A stretch of DNA of 33,516 bases from Octopus bimaculoides (lineage: Eukaryota): contig NC_068997.1 of assembly GCF_001194135.2 (NCBI RefSeq), positions 32,929,834 through 32,963,349 on the forward strand, given 5' to 3'. The stretch's first letter is position 1; each line of letters starts with the position of its first letter. The translations under genes and the position numbers were made by a program. The notes under the pieces were generated by a model. It did not search any database and had not been told where the DNA came from. It worked only from the letters and a program-made list of their open reading frames with translations. Positions 10,195 through 21,957 of the stretch are shown in pieces.

Positions 10195-10283
10195 TGCAGC
10201 TGAAGATTGCTCTTCATATTGCATTTAAGGTAATGCTCACATTACTTAAATAAATTGAAGTAGCATGAAACGTGCGTACTGCA
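10195..10283 (+). ncRNA. Type I hammerhead ribozyme (HH4), very long rod-like stem II, GUA triplet
   Basis: UGCAG-CUGAAGA(10200-10206)-U UGCU CUUCA...UGAAG U AGCA U-GAAA(10267-10270)-C GUGC GUA|CUGCA. Inner hairpin AUUUAA(G)GUAAUG-CUCA-CAUUAC UUAAAU; U10.1.U11.1 mismatch. Confidence 0.8.
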
Positions 10284-10673
10284 ATCACTTTTGAAATCCG
10301 TGTTGCTTATTATTTGATTTTAATCACCCATCCTTTTGGGATGTGAAATTCGGGTGCCTTCGCATAAGTACCATATTCAAGCCTTGAATCTATATATATA
10401 TGTATGTATGTATGTATGCATGTATGTATACGCGTGCGCACAATCATCATTTTGGACCACCAAGCTCCCCAAAAAGCTGTTGGACTCGTAAAACTCTTAT
10501 TCAACCCCTTTAATTCCTGATATCATTTATATTCTGTGTAACTTGGACTTTTTTTATATGCATACATATGTATACTTTTTGTATTAAATGTATTTAAATT
10601 TTTTTGTATATCGACTTGCCTAACTTGCTTGTCCTTACAATTACTTCTTAACCTGCCCATATATGTATGTATG

Positions 10674-10730
<57 letters not shown>

Positions 10731-11228
10731 NNNNNNNNNNNNNNNNNNNNNNNNNNNNNNNNNNNNNNNNNNNNNNNNNNNNNNNNNNNNNNNNNNNNNN
10801 NNNNNNNNNNNNNNNNNNNNNNNNNNNNNNNNNNNNNNNNNNNNNNNNNNNNNNNNNNNNNNNNNNNNNNNNNNNNNNNNNNNNNNNNNNNNNNNNNNNN
10901 NNNNNNNNNNNNNNNNNNNNNNNNNNNNNNNNNNNNNNNNNNNNNNNNNNNNNNNNNNNNNNNNNNNNNNNNNNNNNNNNNNNNNNNNNNNNNNNNNNNN
11001 NNNNNNNNNNNNNNNNNNNNNNNNNNNNNNNNNNNNNNNNNNNNNNNNNNNNNNNNNNNNNNNNNNNNNNNNNNNNNNNNNNNNNNNNNNNNNNNNNNNN
11101 NNNNNNNNNNNNNNNNNNNNNNNNNNNNNNNNNNNNNNNNNNNNNNNNNNNNNNNNNNNNNNNNNNNNNNNNNNNNNNNNNNNNNNNNNNNNNNNNNNNN
11201 NNNNNNNNNNNNNNNNNNNNNNNNNNNN

Positions 11229-11314
<86 letters not shown>

Positions 11315-11739
11315 GCATGTATACGTACATACACACACACACGCACACACACACACACACATACACACGCATATACATCCCACACTCGCATGTCCATGTT
11401 TACAAATTACTGAATGAAAGAGCACGGTGTAGAGTTTTTATTCATTGGGAAATGGTGATGATTCACTCTGCTGTTGCTCTGTGTTACTTATTTAAAGTAT
11501 ATTTGTGGTAGCTTAGACAATATGTAGTGAATATGGCTGTATCTATAAACCGTTAGCTGAATCGATTTACATAGGACAAAGTGTGGCAGATTGTACGTCA
11601 ATGGACTACTTTGATACAAAGGAAAACTACTGGACGATGTTTTTTTTTTCTTTTTTAGATATATATATTAGATAAGGAATTTGGATCGGTGGACCTGGAA
11701 CGTTGAAGCGTCTGGAAACTATTTAGAAGAGATCTTTAC

Positions 11740-11880
11740 CTGTGGCGATAGCCAGAAAGTAGCTCTGATTTCCACTGACTGCTTTATTACTGTTCCCGTT
11801 AACAAATCCTACAGAAAGCTCTATATCGCACACCTCAACGAAAGAACGGAATACATAACCAAGCGCATGTGTTGAGAATC
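11740..11880 (-). CDS. Candidate internal exon of an unidentified host gene (141 nt, phase 1-1; may extend to a second acceptor at 12099 for 360 nt)
   Basis: Lies in the longest non-repeat ORF (11723-12163, 146 aa). Acceptor TTTTAGTAG|G (NAGNAG), donor ACAG|GTAAAG; peptide GFSTHALGYVFRSFVEVCDIELSVGFVNGNSNKAVSGNQSYFLAIATG; no family recognised. Confidence 0.4.
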
Positions 11881-12492
11881 CTACTAAAACAGAATCACCG
11901 AAGTATCCGTATATATTCGCGAGTTCAAGTGCAGATGTACCCAACCACCGAAACATAAGAACCTTGACAACTTTGAATCTGACCTCAAAATTTAGGAACA
12001 GTCTCCATTCCTTCTGCCACACAGTGAATAGCAGTAACCACATAATTTTAGGGAAAACAGCATGTGCATAGTAGCTAAACAACAACATAAATCTAAACTC
12101 TTGAAATATGTATAAAAAATTTACAAAAAAAAAGAAAAACAAAGAACTAATTTCCCAATACAAAACAGAAAACCGCGTTGACCACCTTAATATGAATGCA
12201 CTGGATACCTAAAAGTCCGGTTTGTACAGAGATAAAGTCTTAGTAATCTCATGTAATATGAACAGCCATAGATTGTTTGGATTTTAAAAGTATTTAAATA
12301 AAAATACTTAAAGCGTTTGACTTAGATATTAGCACTCAGTCCATAATAACTGGTATAGCACTAGATTTAAATACAAGTTCTAACGTCAAACGAGGACAGT
12401 ACATTAAATTGAATACACACATTCAGACAAACATAGAAACACACACACACACCAAAAAAAAAAAAATTAAAAATTAAATTTTAAAATCTATT

Positions 12493-12535
<43 letters not shown>

Positions 12536-12972
12536 NNNNNNNNNNNNNNNNNNNNNNNNNNNNNNNNNNNNNNNNNNNNNNNNNNNNNNNNNNNNNNNNN
12601 NNNNNNNNNNNNNNNNNNNNNNNNNNNNNNNNNNNNNNNNNNNNNNNNNNNNNNNNNNNNNNNNNNNNNNNNNNNNNNNNNNNNNNNNNNNNNNNNNNNN
12701 NNNNNNNNNNNNNNNNNNNNNNNNNNNNNNNNNNNNNNNNNNNNNNNNNNNNNNNNNNNNNNNNNNNNNNNNNNNNNNNNNNNNNNNNNNNNNNNNNNNN
12801 NNNNNNNNNNNNNNNNNNNNNNNNNNNNNNNNNNNNNNNNNNNNNNNNNNNNNNNNNNNNNNNNNNNNNNNNNNNNNNNNNNNNNNNNNNNNNNNNNNNN
12901 NNNNNNNNNNNNNNNNNNNNNNNNNNNNNNNNNNNNNNNNNNNNNNNNNNNNNNNNNNNNNNNNNNNNNNNN

Positions 12973-13039
<67 letters not shown>

Positions 13040-13084
13040 TGTGTGTGTGTGTGTCTATCTGTGTGTGTATGTGTACGTGTTTCT

Positions 13085-13283
13085 GTCTGTGTTTGTTTCC
13101 CACCACTGCGAGACAACGGGCGTTCGTGTGTTTACGTCCCTGTAACTTAGCGGTTCGGCAAAGGTGTTCGATAGAATAACCATCTGACTTTAAAAAATGC
13201 TGGGGCCGGTTCATTTGACAAAACTTTCTTCAGGGTTGTGCTCCAGTATGAATGCAGTCTAATGACTGAAATAAGTAAAAGAA
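13085..13283 (+). mobile_element. SINE family A, 3' half (5' half presumably in gap 12536-12971)
   Basis: GTGTTTACGTCCCTGTAACTTAGCGGTTCGGCAAA...GTGCTCCAG...GCAGTCTAATGACTGAAATAAGTAAAAGA. Confidence 0.85.
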
Positions 13284-13341
13284 GGTATTTGCGTGTGTGT
13301 GTCTGTGTGTGTAATTATATGTATATGTATATGTGCATATA

Positions 13342-14187
13342 CAGGGTGCGATGAATAAATTGTCATCTAAATTATGCAAAAATAAAAATAACGCTGACAT
13401 CTCATTTTAACAGATATATTTATCAAAATTACATAAGAATATCTTCAAATACTAAAAAGTAAATTCATTCAATAAAATCGCCATTGGCTTCACGGCCTCC
13501 GGACGACTTCGGAATCTCCTGCAATTCCTCTGGGCGGTCTCCTTGTTTTAGTTGGTGAATGCTGCCATAATCCTTGCCTTCAGTTCATCAAGGAGTTTTG
13601 TTGGTATCTCGTTCAACTGCGCCCCACACATAATAATCAATGGGGTTGCAATCTGGGAAGTTATGTGGTCAGATATTAGGTGTGATGTAGTCGCAGAAAT
13701 TGTCTGACAGCTATGACTGGGTTCTCCTGCTTGTGTGGCATGGCCCCGTTGACAGACGTCGGGTCTTCCAGCAGCCACCCTCTTGACTCAGGGCTGCGCT
13801 AATCTCTCCAAGCACTTGATGTAGGCCGCCGTATTGAGTCTGAGACCGTGTGGAAAGATGAAAGGAGGCATAACGTTACCATCACTAGTGATCACTCGAA
13901 ACACCATGAAGCTGACTGGATGTTTAATTTTTATCCCACCCGGCACGATTTTCATCACTTCCATTGCAATTTTATCACTTCCGGCACGATTTTTATCACT
14001 TCCGGTGCAAATGCCAAGCAGTACAGCATGTCGTTTCTAAATGTTTGGCGGAGTGAATTGCGTCGTAGTGCACAGACGGTGCCCAGCTGACCCTACTATA
14101 TTGTGTAGTCGACAATATCAAAAACAAGCAATGCACATCCGCGAAATTAAAAATAAAAAATGGTGATAATTTACCCACCGTACCCTG
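13342..14187 (-). mobile_element. Internally deleted Tc1/mariner element (catalytic C-terminus resembles DD37D/maT group)
   Basis: About 26-bp TIRs CAGGGTGCGATGAATAAATTGTCATC / CAGGGTACGGTGGGTAAATTATCACC, left TA TSD. Minus-strand remnant reads IKHPVSFMVFRVITSDGNVMPPFIFPHGLRLN...PCHTSRRTQS*LSDNFCDYITPNI*PHNFPDCNPIDYYVWGAVE...DELKARIMAAF. Confidence 0.88.
13927..14006 (+). repeat. ~21-bp tandem repeat x~4 at the mariner deletion junction
   Basis: CGGCACGATTTT(C/T)ATCACTTCC variants repeated where the transposase N-terminus jumps to IKHPV. Confidence 0.8.
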
Positions 14188-14201
14188 CGTGTGTGTGTGT
14201 G

Positions 14202-14235
<34 letters not shown>

Positions 14236-14236
<1 letters not shown>

Positions 14237-14460
14237 AACTACTTGTGAGTTGTTGGCCATTTTTCTTCCTCCGTCTTCCTTTTCTCTTGGATTTTCCTCT
14301 GTTTCCTATTTCTGAAGAAGAGCTTTGCTCGAAACGTAAAACTAACTTTCTTTCCTTTCCTGAGCGTCTGTTAATACTTTGCATGCACCACTTACGCGGG
14401 TTTTATTTTTTTTACTTCTTGTGTTTTTTCTTCGTTTTTTTGTTGTTTTTTTTTGATTAA
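14236..14460 (+). mobile_element. ~220-bp pyrimidine-rich hammerhead-carrying short repeat (family HH5), copy a
   Basis: Colinear with the reverse complement of 27480-27690; abuts a GT/TA microsatellite. Confidence 0.75.
14309..14341 (+). ncRNA. Minimal hammerhead variant (HH5a): extra A after core, loopless stem III
   Basis: UUU-CUGAAGA(14312-14318)-A-GAGC UUU GCUC-GAAA-CG-UA|AAA. Stem III ACGU can form only in trans; stem I is 3 bp. Confidence 0.7.
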
Positions 14461-14989
14461 TTACACTGGGGAACAGGGTCTTGGTTGTTTGATATTAGAG
14501 ACATGTTTTCCCACTAATTCGAGTGTGCTGATTTCAAAAAATGAAATCCAGTTTGCTCTATCACGTCAAGATTTTTCACAAACTGAGATGTCCATTTTTC
14601 AACATTTCTGGTATTGCTACCATTTCTAAGGATAGATTTGACTTCATCAAATGCGAACGCTTGTATGGAGCTTGGCATACCTTTGAAAACATAGTTTTTC
14701 AATGTCATTTAAAGTAAATACAACTACAAAAGTGAAAAACAATAGTTATGATTTAAGTATCTTTAGTAAATAAAAAGTATCAAACTTGAGCAGCTTTCAC
14801 TATTTTCAACATAACCAGTTTCAAATGTCATGAAATATGAATATCGGTACAGAATATCGGTACGCCTGGTAAACGGTGGTGTTTAAGAGAATGAGGATTG
14901 ATCAAAACGGTATTCTAAAAATTCAGCTGGTTGGAGTGTTCTAAGAGGTACTAAAGTTGTCAAGAACTCAACTGTCAGTTAGATACATT

Positions 14990-15031
14990 TGAAATCTGAT
15001 GAATACACTATGTATGAAAGCGCTAATTTTG
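14990..15031 (+). ncRNA. Minimal type I hammerhead (HH6), complete core, CUA triplet
   Basis: UGAAAU-CUGAUGA(14996-15002)-AUAC ACUAU GUAU-GAAA(15016-15019)-GCGC-UA|AUUUUG. Stem I 6 bp (2 G.U), stem II 4 bp, stem III AGCGCU palindrome. Confidence 0.85.
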
Positions 15032-15309
15032 TTAAAATACCATAATAAAAACGTGAAAACCAGNNNNNNNNNNNNNNNNNNNNNNNNNNNNNNNNNNNNN
15101 NNNNNNNNNNNNNNNNNNNNNNNNNNNNNNNNNNNNNNNNNNNNNNNNNNNNNNNNNNNNNNNNNNNNNNNNNNNNNNNNNNNNNNNNNNNNNNNNNNNN
15201 NNNNNNNNNNNNNNNNNNNNNNNNNNNNNNNNNNNNNNNNNNNNNNNNNNNNNNNNNNNNNNNNNNNNNNNNNNNNNNNNNNNNNNNNNNNNNNNNNNNN
15301 NNATATATA

Positions 15310-15668
15310 GGCGCAGGAGTGGCTGCGAGGTAAGTAGCTTGCTTACCAACCACATGGTTCCGGGTTCGCACCTTGGGCAAGTGTCTTCTACTATAGCCTC
15401 GGGCCAACCAAAGCCTTGTGAGTGGATTTGGTAGACGGAAACTGAAAGAAGCCTGTCGTATATATATGTATATGTGTATATATATGTGTGTATTTGTGTG
15501 TCTGTGTTTACGTCTCCGTAACCTAGCAGTTCGTCATAAGAGAACGATAGAATAAGTACTACGCTTACAAAGAATAAGTCCTGGGGTCGATTTGGTCGAC
15601 TAAAGGCAGTGCTCCAGGATGGCCGCAGTCAAATGACTGAAACAAGTAAAAGAGTAAAAGAGTAGAGT
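15310..15668 (+). mobile_element. SINE family A, near full length with central TA/TG microsatellite
   Basis: GGCGCAGGAGTGGCTGCGAGGTAAG head, GGTTCCGGGTTCG B-box region, tail GTGCTCCAGGATGGCCGCAGTCAAATGACTGAAACAAGTAAAAGAGTAAAAGAG. Confidence 0.92.
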
Positions 15669-15700
15669 ATATATATATATATATATACGTATAGTGTGTA

Positions 15701-15769
<69 letters not shown>

Positions 15770-15910
15770 TAGATAGAGACAGAAAGAGAAATACACACAT
15801 AAACATACAAATATGTCGACATGTAGACAGATAAACAGGCATAGAGACAGTCACAAACAGACACAAGACAGACGCAAGACAGACACAAGACACACAGACA
15901 CACAGACAGA
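15669..15910. repeat. Compound TA/GA/GACA/GATA microsatellite
   Basis: Direct reading. Confidence 0.9.
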
Positions 15911-16368
15911 CTACACCTCGTTTACAAAAATATAGTGAAACGCGCAAAACCTTATCATTCCTGTGTTCCTTTATCTCTGGTATTATCAAAACTGCTACAC
16001 CCAAACTTAACACCAACTCTACTCACCCCTTATAGCACCAGCCAAAACATCCCACTATCACCACCACCACCACCACCACCACTATTCCGCTAGAAGGCGT
16101 GGTAAAAGCGCAATTTTTTTCTAACGATAACTTCCACCGCCATCGGTCAGTGACTAGGTGTCATTGAGTGCGTTTTCTTCTTTGGTGTGAAATTTGTGTA
16201 AAGGTTACGTGTGTGTGTGTGTGCGTGTGTGTGTATGTGTGCGCGCGCGCGTGCGTGTGTGTGTGTATCTCCATGAAGAACTATGGTGAGAGAGAGACGG
16301 GTTGTTGTGGTGGTGGTGTTAGCTGCCATATGACGTGGGCATATGTGTCATTATGTTTTTTGCGTACC

Positions 16369-16369
<1 letters not shown>

Positions 16370-16400
<31 letters not shown>

Positions 16401-17169
16401 TGTATGTATGTATGTATGTATGCATGTATGTATGTATGTACGGACGTACGTATGTATGTATCTATGTATATATGTATGTGTGTGTATTTATGTATGTATC
16501 TGTCTATCTATCTCTCAATGTATCTATCTATTTATCTATTTGTGTGTCTGTCTCTATGTACACACAATTTGATTTATCTACATGCATACACGNNNNNNNN
16601 NNNNNNNNNNNNNNNNNNNNNNNNNNNNNNNNNNNNNNNNNNNNNNNNNNNNNNNNNNNNNNNNNNNNNNNNNNNNNNNNNNNNNNNNNNNNNNNNNNNN
16701 NNNNNNNNNNNNNNNNNNNNNNNNNNNNNNNNNNNNNNNNNNNNNNNNNNNNNNNNNNNNNNNNNNNNNNNNNNNNNNNNNNNNNNNNNNNNNNNNNNNN
16801 NNNNNNNNNNNNNNNNNNNNNNNNNNNNNNNNNNNNNNNNNNNNNNNNNNNNNNNNNNNNNNNNNNNNNNNNNNNNNNNNNNNNNNNNNNNNNNNNNNNN
16901 NNNNNNNNNNNNNNNNNNNNNNNNNNNNNNNNNNNNNNNNNNNNNNNNNNNNNNNNNNNNNNNNNNNNNNNNNNNNNNNNNNNNNNNNNNNNNNNNNNNN
17001 NNATCTCTCTATCTTTATCTCTCTTCTCGTTATGTATCTCTCTGTCTACCTCTGTCTGTCTAGATAGATAGATAGATACATTTCTTTTATTAGCCACACG
17101 GGGCTCAGACAGAGAGACAGGCAGGAAAGCAGACAGACAGACAGACAGACAGAGACAGACAGACAGATG

Positions 17170-17230
<61 letters not shown>

Positions 17231-17270
17231 GCAGGCAACCAGCCAGCCAAACAGACAGGCAAAAAAGCAG
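16370..17270. repeat. Compound TATG/TATC/GACA/GATA tetranucleotide microsatellites around gap 16593-17002
   Basis: Direct reading. Confidence 0.9.
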
Positions 17271-17612
17271 GCAGAGAAAGAGAATTTTTGGTGTGTTGAG
17301 AAGTGTGTTTAGGAGTGCACTTGCATCATTATATGTGTATGTATGAGTAGACGTTATAGGTAGTATATATAATATGAAATGCGTGCGTGTCTTTATCTTG
17401 ACGTAACTTAAGGGTGTGTATGTTTTTATAGTATATTTTCATGTCCGCTTTATATCATGTCTAAATAAAATGTGTATATGAAGTGTTGCCATTAGGTGCT
17501 TTTATTGTTATTGTGCTAAGTCAATGGATAATTGTATCGGAAAGAAATACATTCATATAAATTACATTCGTCTACGTTATAGTGATTAGTTTATATTGTA
17601 TAATAGCTTGTA

Positions 17613-17818
17613 ATGTTGGCGCAAGGCCAGCGATTTTAGCAGGAGTGGCTAGTCGATCACATCGACTTCAGTTTTTAACTGGTACTTATTTTATGGACTC
17701 CGAAAGGATGAGAGGCAAAGTTGACCTCAGCAGAATTTGTACTCACAATGTAAAGAACCGCAAAAAATGTTACTAAACATTTTGTTCGACGCGCTAACGA
17801 CTCTGCCAGCTCACCGCC
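17613..17818 (-). mobile_element. SINE family B
   Basis: Head GGCGGTGAGCTGGCAGAG and core CTTTGCCTCTCATCCTTTCGG on the minus strand. Confidence 0.85.
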
Positions 17819-17831
17819 TCTTTGTATTGTG

Positions 17832-18031
17832 TAATATCCTTTCTACTCTAGGAACAAGGCCCGAAATTGAGGGAGATGGGCAGTCGATTACATCAACATT
17901 AGTCTTCTTTTATCGACCCCGACAGGATGAAAGTGCATAGTCGACCTCAGCGGAATTTGAATTCAGAACGTAAAAACAGAAGAAATGCCGATAAGTATTT
18001 TGTCCGGCGTGCTAACGATTCTGTGAGCTCG
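17832..18031 (-). mobile_element. SINE family B (tandem with previous)
   Basis: GAATCGTTAGCACGCCGG...GAATTCAAATTCCGCTGAGGTCGAC...CCTAGAGTAGAAAGGATATT on the minus strand. Confidence 0.85.
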
Positions 18032-18062
18032 AAATGTATTGTATAATATAAAGTAGCTTATA

Positions 18063-18246
18063 CGGCGGTGTGTTGGCAGAATCGTTCGCACGCTGGGCAA
18101 AATGCTTGGCGGCATTTCGTCCGTCTTTACGTTCTGAGTTCAAATTCCGCCGAGGTCGACTTTGCCTTTCATCCTTTCGGTTCAATGTGATCGACTTAAC
18201 TCGCCCCCGAAATTGCTAGCCGTGTGCCAAAATTTGGAGTCAATAT
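18063..18246 (+). mobile_element. SINE family B, internal deletion
   Basis: GGCGGTGTGTTGGCAGAATCG...GAGTTCAAATTCCGCCGAGGTCGACTTTGCCTTTCATCCTTTCGG. Confidence 0.88.
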
Positions 18247-19299
18247 AAAGTAGCGAATGTAAGCTTTAGGAAAAGAGGAAGTGTGTGTATGTGGGGAGGT
18301 GACTCTCTATTTCCATGCCATGGTATGTGCTCAGAAAGTGAGTGGAAGAGGAGTATTACTGTGTTAGAGGCAGGTTCCATGTATTCATTTATGTATCACC
18401 CCAAATCAGCCCTATCTGAGTTGATTAATGGCCAAAAACTTTCGTTTCCTTTCGTGACCATCCAGTTTGGTTCAGAGTATGTAGGATTACGTGATCATAC
18501 AGATCCTTTCCTTTCTCAAGACAGTAGGGTATGATTTGGGAGAGAATTGACTGTAACTACTAGCTGGGCGATCGACGGGTTAGAGACTGCATCATCAGCT
18601 GACGTAGTTTCTGACGTAGTGTGATAATAGTATGATAGAATTAAAACAAATCTCGAAAGAAACAGTACAACAAACGCGCCGGAGATATTTCAAAGGACGT
18701 TGGCCTGTGTGCGCTGCCAGCTACACCAAGATATGAAATTGAGTGGGTTGCTGTACACACATTCTGCCGCCATAGAATCGGCTGTTTTTATTCTTCATGC
18801 CAGTCAATTCAAGGACCAACCTTTCGATCTTGAAGAGTTACTAGACTGATGTTTAGTGTTGAGGTGCCATGTGGTATGCATGAGAAAACGGCAAACGAGG
18901 GCAGTGGCTCTCAATGTTTTTCTTTTCATGGAACTCTGGGGATTAAATAGAGAAAAGTACTGCTGCACATCGCGTGGGCACTTACATAAAACTATATTTT
19001 AAAGTAGGTGTTGTCAACTTGGATCCGAGTGTGAGGGTTTTCTGAGCTGTGTTCCAAATTTTAAAAGGTTACGGAATAATAATAATATAAAAGATTACGG
19101 AAAAAATATGTATACTTATTCAGATATGTATGTATGGATGGATGGATGGATGGATGGATGCATGCATATATGCATGTATGTATGCATAATATGTATAAAT
19201 ATATATATAAAGTGAAGAAACGAAAGACCTGGTAATTCAATCCGCAAACATGACTCCGATTAGAGATGGATTTAAAGGACAATTGTACATGATACTCTC

Positions 19300-19481
19300 T
19301 CTCTTTACTCTTTTACTTGTTTCAGTCATTTGACTGCGGCCATCCTGGAGCACCGCCTTTAGTCGAGCAAATCGAGCCCAGAACTTATTCTTTGTAAGCC
19401 TAGTACTTATTGTATCGGTGTCTTTTGCCGAACCGCTAAGTTACGGGGACGTAAACACACCAGCATCAGTTTTCAAGGGAT
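19300..19481 (-). mobile_element. SINE family A, 3' half running into gap
   Basis: TACTCTTTTACTTGTTTCAGTCATTTGACTGCGGCCATCCTGGAGCACCGCC... reverse complement of the tail. Confidence 0.9.
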
Positions 19482-21615
19482 NNNNNNNNNNNNNNNNNNN
19501 NNNNNNNNNNNNNNNNNNNNNNNNNNNNNNNNNNNNNNNNNNNNNNNNNNNNNNNNNNNNNNNNNNNNNNNNNNNNNNNNNNNNNNNNNNNNNNNNNNNN
19601 NNNNNNNNNNNNNNNNNNNNNNNNNNNNNNNNNNNNNNNNNNNNNNNNNNNNNNNNNNNNNNNNNNNNNNNNNNNNNNNNNNNNNNNNNNNNNNNNNNNN
19701 NNNNNNNNNNNNNNNNNNNNNNNNNNNNNNNNNNNNNNNNNNNNNNNNNNNNNNNNNNNNNNNNNNNNNNNNNNNNNNNNNNNNNNNNNNNNNNNNNNNN
19801 NNNNNNNNNNNNNNNNNNNNNNNNNNNNNNNNNNNNNNNNNNNNNNNNNNNNNNNNNNNNNNNNNNNNNNNNNNNNNNNNNNNNNNNNNNNNNNNNNNNN
19901 NNNNNNNNNNNNNNNNNNNNNNNNNNNNNNNNNNNNNNNNNNNNNNNNNNNNNNNNNNNNNNNNNNNNNNNNNNNNNNNNNNNNNNNNNNNNNNNNNNNN
20001 NNNNNNNNNNNNNNNNNNNNNNNNNNNNNNNNNNNNNNNNNNNNNNNNNNNNNNNNNNNNNNNNNNNNNNNNNNNNNNNNNNNNNNNNNNNNNNNNNNNN
20101 NNNNNNNNNNNNNNNNNNNNNNNNNNNNNNNNNNNNNNNNNNNNNNNNNNNNNNNNNNNNNNNNNNNNNNNNNNNNNNNNNNNNNNNNNNNNNNNNNNNN
20201 NNNNNNNNNNNNNNNNNNNNNNNNNNNNNNNNNNNNNNNNNNNNNNNNNNNNNNNNNNNNNNNNNNNNNNNNNNNNNNNNNNNNNNNNNNNNNNNNNNNN
20301 NNNNNNNNNNNNNNNNNNNNNNNNNNNNNNNNNNNNNNNNNNNNNNNNNNNNNNNNNNNNNNNNNNNNNNNNNNNNNNNNNNNNNNNNNNNNNNNNNNNN
20401 NNNCAGGTCCTTAGGAAAGGTCATTTAAATAAAAGGTAGTTCTTACTGGTTAAAAGACAGGGAGCAACTGTTTTAAAGTTTAAAACTGGAAAATATATAG
20501 AAAACTACGTCTTACCTTGTTTATTAATCATACTTGCACATTACAAAATTGTGAATAACTCGTTTTTCAAGATATTCGAGCATTAATATGGATTTTCTAA
20601 AAGTTAAATTGTATTTTTGAATTCCCTGCCGCACCTAGGCACCCCTTCCGGAACACTGTAACCACATTTACAGGCCGCTCTTACTGACTGCAGAGGCTTT
20701 GGAGAATCTACCGACCAGAATGTTACTTTTAGCATTCTATAAACAGAGTTCAAGCAGTGGAAATAAATGTTGTGCTGTGAATTCTGTTTGAAATATTTGT
20801 ATTACAATTTGCCGATGCAGAACGGTGCAGTCTACTGTTAAGTTTTTAACTTAAGAACTATAATTTAACCTAAATGTTAAACAGGTCTGTATTTTTCTAT
20901 TGTATAAGTCTACACTGCATGTTTGAACGTTACTCTAGCATGGCCTTGTTCATAAATAATAAAATCAAATAGAAGAAAAGTAAAGAAAACATAAAATTAC
21001 ACATGCATGTACTGAAAATTATACCAAACCATTTACAAATAATTTCTCACCCATCATATAGACATGATTACAAAATGATTGATCCTAAAAAATGGGCGTA
21101 TTACGCTGTACACACATTCAAACAGATGCATACGAACACACACACACACACATACACACACACACACGCATATATACACATATATATATATATAATAGAC
21201 GTCACTGTACGCAATAAATACACTTACGTAAGAGAAAAGATATGCACATATTCCGGTTACATGTAATCGCATAATAGGGAAAAAGAAACAAAACAAAACT
21301 ACAACCTAAACGAAAGAATACATAAAACACATTAAGCATGTAGCTATTCCTATAATGGCAGCGCAGAAAATATCTGCGTAATAAACCACCGCACATTACC
21401 ACACATGTTGCCACGTGGTTATTCGACCGATTAGAAATAGCCAATAACCCCTTTAAACACTTTATTCATAATTATGGAAAAACTAAGTTGGATAAGATTG
21501 TCCTAAATATACGCCTAGAAAGTTTGGGTAGTTACGATTGAACACCTCTGATTTTAGGATAGAGGTCTTGTAACAGGGTAAACAAAATCTAATTAGTCAG
21601 AGGCATACTGTAGGT

Positions 21616-21810
21616 CAGTGGTTCTCAACCTGGCTCCTATTGGCCCTTGGGAGTCCACATAAGATTTTGTTGTAGAAATTTATCTGCTATAAATTGCTTA
21701 TAGTTTTACAATACATAAAATAGTGTAACAATTTTTTTAATACTGTTCCTAATAATAATTCCTATTAATTATAAAAGCATAATACGATTTTTTAAACATT
21801 TTTTAAACAT
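21616..21810 (+). mobile_element. hAT/Charlie-type non-autonomous element, one end only
   Basis: CAGTGGTTCTCAACC terminal motif at 21616-21630; no partner TIR seen. Confidence 0.5.
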
Positions 21811-21957
21811 CTAATACCTTTCGGTATTAATACTGCTTCTGTCGCTAATATATTTTTTTAAACTAGGTCACTGGCTAATCGCAACACCAGTGTCTGTTCA
21901 GGTTCTGATTTTCTATATGTCACTAGTGGAGAGATGAGTGACTACTATCTCAAGCGG

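Noticed and set aside
14461-14760. Sequence reminiscent of DNA transposon subterminal regions (GCTGATTTCAAAAAATGAAATCC)
   Set aside because: No second TIR or TSD visible; cannot be classified.
18631-18849. 72-codon open stretch containing NAPEIFQRT, like Ty3/gypsy RT SAPEIFQR
   Set aside because: No preceding PFG or following DD motif; the match is too short.
18380-21600. 18380-18590 and 21390-21600 as opposite-orientation members of a third repeat family
   Set aside because: Direct similarity between the two is too weak to support by eye.
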